This document shows positions 60,109 to 64,000 of a DNA stretch of 64,000 nt, piece after piece. The position numbers and the translations under genes are program-made. This stretch comes from Salisapilia sapeloensis CBS 127946 (Eukaryota; Protista; Oomycota), in the NCBI GenBank assembly GCA_023334545.1, contig JAADVB010000010.1, positions 89,948 to 153,947 on the forward strand. Direction: 5' to 3'. The notes beneath the pieces are model-generated. The model ran no database searches, was not told the DNA's origin, and was given only the letters and a program-made list of their open reading frames with translations. Numbering within the stretch: position 1 is the stretch's first letter; every line of letters begins with the position of its first letter.

Positions 60109-60661
60109 ATGGGAAACGTACCGTCGAATAAGCGACCTCGACGAGAGATGGACAAGTACTTTAAGCCGACAGGGTAAGTTTCCATTTATTCGACTCGGAG
60201 TGCACTGGGCTCACTTGCTCCTGTAGACTCTACCAGACGTGCCCGTGGGAACAAAAGGCGGTGAAGAAAATGGTCGCCAGTCACAAGATTGCACCGCGCT
60301 TCAAGGGAAAGGAAGACGAAGACCCGGCGTTCAACCAAGAATGCCCCATTTGCTTCATGGTACGAACTCGACTCATTTCTGATACCGTCTCCGGATGACT
60401 TACATGATCTTTTCAACGGCAGTACTACCCAGACGACTTGAATCGAACGACATGTTGCAAGCAACTCATTTGCACCGAGTGCTACCTTCAGATGAAGCCT
60501 CCCAAGAAAGCTATCAGGTACTTTTAGATTGCTACACCCAACGTTTTGCAACGTGCATTATTCTCATCTCGTGTCCTAGCTGCCCATTTTGCATGCATGA
60601 TACATTCAGCGTCACGTACGCCGCTGCGGACGACTTATCTATAGTGCTCGAGGCACGATGA
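60109..60661 (+). CDS. Sip5/GW2/DA2-like RING protein, N-myristoylation-type start, multi-exon
   Basis: Spliced: MGNVPS...YFKPTG|[27 protein letters not shown]...ECPICFM|[24 protein letters not shown]|CPFC. Confidence 0.75.
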
Positions 60662-63178
60662 TTTTCCAGAATGCACTTGATAATTGGATATGGAAGCCTT
60701 TATAGTATGGCCCCGCTTGGCTTTTTGTCTAGAACATCAGTATATCAGGGGAAAAGAATCCATTTATACTTATGCTGGTGGCTTTCGTGTTCCAAAACGT
60801 GCATGTGAACTAGACTAGAAGTAGTTCTACTCGCTGCTACCCAGTATTCTGCATGATAGCATGACAAACTCTCTGCAGCGCCGAAAGATAGAAATATTTC
60901 CTGCCACCGAATCTTTCGTTCGGGAAACATACGTGCATAGCTACTTGCGCATGAATTGAAGCATCGCCACTTCTGGTCAACTCGTGCCTGATCTGTCCAT
61001 TTATCGCATACGAAATGTTGGCGTTAGGAATCATGGATCAAAGTCGATCTTGAGACATTGCCTAGCGTACTCGTATTCAATTTACGAACGAGAGGAATTG
61101 GTGAAATGTTCACTAGCGTACACTAACAGGAATCGACACGAAATGAATATAATCTTGACTTGTATCGATTAATATATGTTTTCTTTGAACTTGACCGACG
61201 GTGAAGAATATCAAGAGCGGAACATGGATACCGGTTGAAGAAACGGATAGCCAAATGAAACCCTACGCACTTCAATCCAGACAAACATTCAAAACTGCAC
61301 TTGTTGATTCGCTATAATAACGCCGTGGGATTGGTAACCCCGAGCCTTTTGCTTATAAGATCTGGCATGTATTAAACTCAAACTATTGGCTTAAACGAGC
61401 GTTCCAGTGCAGTCTATGGTCGATGCAAAGATACTTGGTGCGTGGCTTCGATACACACTCATGCGGTGCTCTTTGAACTACCGCACTATAAAAATTGCAA
61501 GCGAGATTTGACGTAGTTCCAAGAAGTCAAAATTCATTGAAGTGATAAATATAAAAGCTGGGCTGAGAAAATATACACTTTGTCGAGGTTACGGGGAAAG
61601 CTACTAAGACTTCCTTCCAAGAGCACGGTAAGTAAAAATTGTGCTTGTGTACAGTTGGGATTGGCCGAAAAATCTTTTCTTTTGATCGTCTTTCATCAGT
61701 TTACAATTTCAATTTGCGTAGTCAGCTTCAACGTATCTTCAATGTACACTTCAACTTGTGTTGATGCACATCATTATCCAGGTACCGACCCCTGTACATT
61801 AGTCGTATTATTGTCTTCTTCAAAGCACAAGCGAGTGCGGCGCCTATCTCTCATTGCGATGCAAAGTGCGTAGGACATGGTACGCTTTGCGGTCTCCTAA
61901 TAGTCGTGGTAGAGACGGAAGGACATAGCTACGTCAAGCGATCCTTTTTTATGGCATGTGTGATAAAAGTGGCTATGTAAAAGCGTCGAAACGCTGTTCG
62001 ACACGACGATTTGATCCTGTGTGAACAATGCGCGCTCCAAATCATAATAATTATGATTTTCACAGGGAAACGCAGCTTCACGAGCTTTCACTCTGATAGA
62101 GCTCCTGTACTGTTTTCAACTAAATGGTACTACCAACCAGCTCTTACCACTATTCTAGAATTAAAGACGCTTATAAGTGTAATTGTCCGTTTATTAGCTG
62201 ATCGTAGACAACATTCATTTTCATCGATCATCTACCATGACTTTTCTTGCGGCTCTTGTAGTGTAACTGAGTCGACCTGCCATCGAGTACATGTACACCT
62301 AAAAACTTTGCAGTTCCTTGCACTCTCTTTCAAAACCTTCTTTTGCAATATAACTCGCCCTTCCCTTCCCTTGTTCTGGTTTAGAAGACAACAAAGTGAA
62401 GATTGAGATTGTAGACCTTATATGTAGCCTCTCGTCCGGTCATCGTGTTTAATTCATTTGAACATTTGACCAGCACAGCATCCAGCTACGGGCATATAAC
62501 TCGGTGTATTTAATCGTGGAGTCAAAATAGCTTCATTGCATCAGGACACAAGTTTAGCATGCTTGTACCTGCACAGACTACTAGCGCGTCCACGATCATG
62601 GATATTCTATTCAATATGATTTAGTAGACCTTTAATCAGTAACCTGTATCCGATGTCCCGAACAGCAACATCATCGCGTTTGTGACTACTTTAGAAGAGC
62701 ACACTTACAGTTATAGCTCGACGCTAAGAAGGTAGAGGGCTACCACTTCTTCTCTAGTCCGACCGTTATGTTAAAAAAATTATAAACTAAGTTCTACTTT
62801 GTATTGACGTACAAGTTCCACTGGTAATCAATACTGTCAGATCTGGTGAGGCACCTAGATGAAAGCATGCAGTTGCAATTCTCTTAATGCCATCGTGTCC
62901 TCTATCTTTCAATAGGAATATACAAGCTCTCTGCAAGTTACTACATCTAAGCAACTGGAGTTTCTACTACATATAAAGTTTATAGGAGTAGACTAACACT
63001 ACCAAGCTAGCGCAGTTAGCTATAGCTTATCTAATTAAAAACAATCCATGCCCAATGCAGACTTGTTGCCTTAAACGCCAGACAAAACCTCTCTTCTCAC
63101 TTAGGCTGCGCACTAATAAAGTGCGTTTTATAAATATTGTATATTTATATAATTTACCAAAACCTAAATATCCATCCT

Positions 63179-63251
63179 GGGCGCTTAGCTCAAATGGTAG
63201 AGCGCCCGCTTCGCATGCGGGAGGTAGGGGGATCGATACCCCCAGTGTCCA
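63179..63251 (+). tRNA. trnA-CGC: tRNA-Ala (anticodon CGC)
   Basis: 73-nt cloverleaf. Acceptor GGGCGCT/AGTGTCC with G3:U70, anticodon arm CCCGC-TTCGCAT-GCGGG, eukaryotic Ala-type T-loop ATCGATA. Confidence 0.95.
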
Positions 63252-63254
63252 AAC

Positions 63255-63259
63255 TTTTT
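63255..63259 (+). terminator. Pol III terminator (T5)
   Basis: TTTTT 3 nt after the discriminator of tRNA-Ala(CGC). Confidence 0.75.
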
Positions 63260-63868
63260 ACGTTTTGCTCCGTTTTGTTTGGTTTGATAGGCGGGAATGT
63301 TTGGAGTACACATCACAGCTATCACTCGTCTGTGATGATCGTCACCACCTTGCACAATTATTAGACTTTTTCAAGTTCGAAAATCTCATTTGAACATTAG
63401 ATTGGGTACACCTCGGGAATTATATTCAATTTTTGCTACGCCTACATGGAGCATCTTCCTCAGCCACAAAGCTACTAGCCGTACGTCAAGCTTGTCTGTC
63501 AGTGATTAACCGTGTACACTGCTCTTGTTTGTGTTTACTTTCAGTTTTTCAACCTATCAAGTCATCTGCGCCCGAAACATCGGACTACCAAAGACCAGCA
63601 ATCAAGATATGAACCTAGAAGGCGATCATGACAGCTTTGCCACCCTCGAGCATGCTCTACATATCATGCGCAAGCCATACCCATATATTTCCGAATAGAA
63701 TTTCATTAACTTTAAAGAGGAGATCTCGTCTTCGCTACACATATAATACCGGAGTTGGATCCAAGTACGTAGCTCTATCTGACCTCAACCCCATCAAAGC
63801 TACTACAAAACGATTTAGCTGCTACTTCTATAATTTTGTATATTAGCTATAACAAAGCCAAATAACAT

Positions 63869-63941
63869 GGGGATGTAGCTCAGATGGTAGAGCGTTCGCT
63901 TAGCATGCGAAAGGTACTGGGATCGATACCCAGCTTCTCCA
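63869..63941 (+). tRNA. trnA-AGC: tRNA-Ala (anticodon AGC)
   Basis: 73-nt cloverleaf. Acceptor GGGGATG/CTTCTCC with G3:U70 and a U6.U67 mismatch, anticodon arm TTCGC-TTAGCAT-GCGAA, discriminator A at 63941. Confidence 0.93.
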
Positions 63942-64000
63942 GGCGTGTGTAGTATAGTGGTTAGTACCCTTCGTTGTGGTCGAAGTATCCTCGGTTCGAA
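63942..64000 (+). tRNA. trnH-GTG: tRNA-His (anticodon GTG), truncated by the window edge, with genomic G at -1 (63942)
   Basis: G1 at 63943 (GCGTGTG), T8A9, D-arm GTAT-AGTGGTTA-GTAC, anticodon arm CTTCG-TTGTGGT-CGAAG, T-arm start CTCGG-TTCGAA. The 3' acceptor strand lies outside the window. Confidence 0.85.

Noticed and set aside
63055-63393. Track ORFs spanning tRNA-Ala(CGC)
   Set aside because: They overlap a clear tRNA gene and AT-rich flank and show no protein motifs
63894-63941. U6.U67 mismatch in tRNA-Ala(AGC) as a sign of pseudogenisation
   Set aside because: A single acceptor mismatch is tolerated in many tRNAs; G3:U70, the A/B boxes and all other stems are intact

Overview
Gene-dense eukaryotic nuclear DNA, most likely from an oomycete (inference from a WLGC-type TM/LRR gene, a WRKY19-like CxxxxC..CxxH zinc-finger gene and oomycete-type Inr+FPR core promoters). 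I can support about 34 protein-coding genes, many split by very short GT-AG introns (51-63 nt), including an intronless 14-kb HERC-like E3 ligase and a double-length tyrosyl-tRNA synthetase. There are three tRNA genes at the right end. I see no recognisable transposon, rRNA or CRISPR array. The strongest lead is at the right edge: tRNA-Ala(AGC) runs directly into tRNA-His(GTG) with no terminator, and the single base between them is a G at the His -1 identity position. tRNase Z cutting of the upstream tRNA could therefore generate G-1 without Thg1. Other leads are a TyrRS pseudo-dimer with the opposite asymmetry to the trypanosomatid enzyme, an in-frame TGA-ATG junction between DDX49 and TSR2, an EGF-bearing prominin-like 5-TM protein and a minimal TMEM8/myomaker-like CREST protein. 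All assignments come from reading motifs by eye; no database search was run, and exon boundaries are manual predictions.
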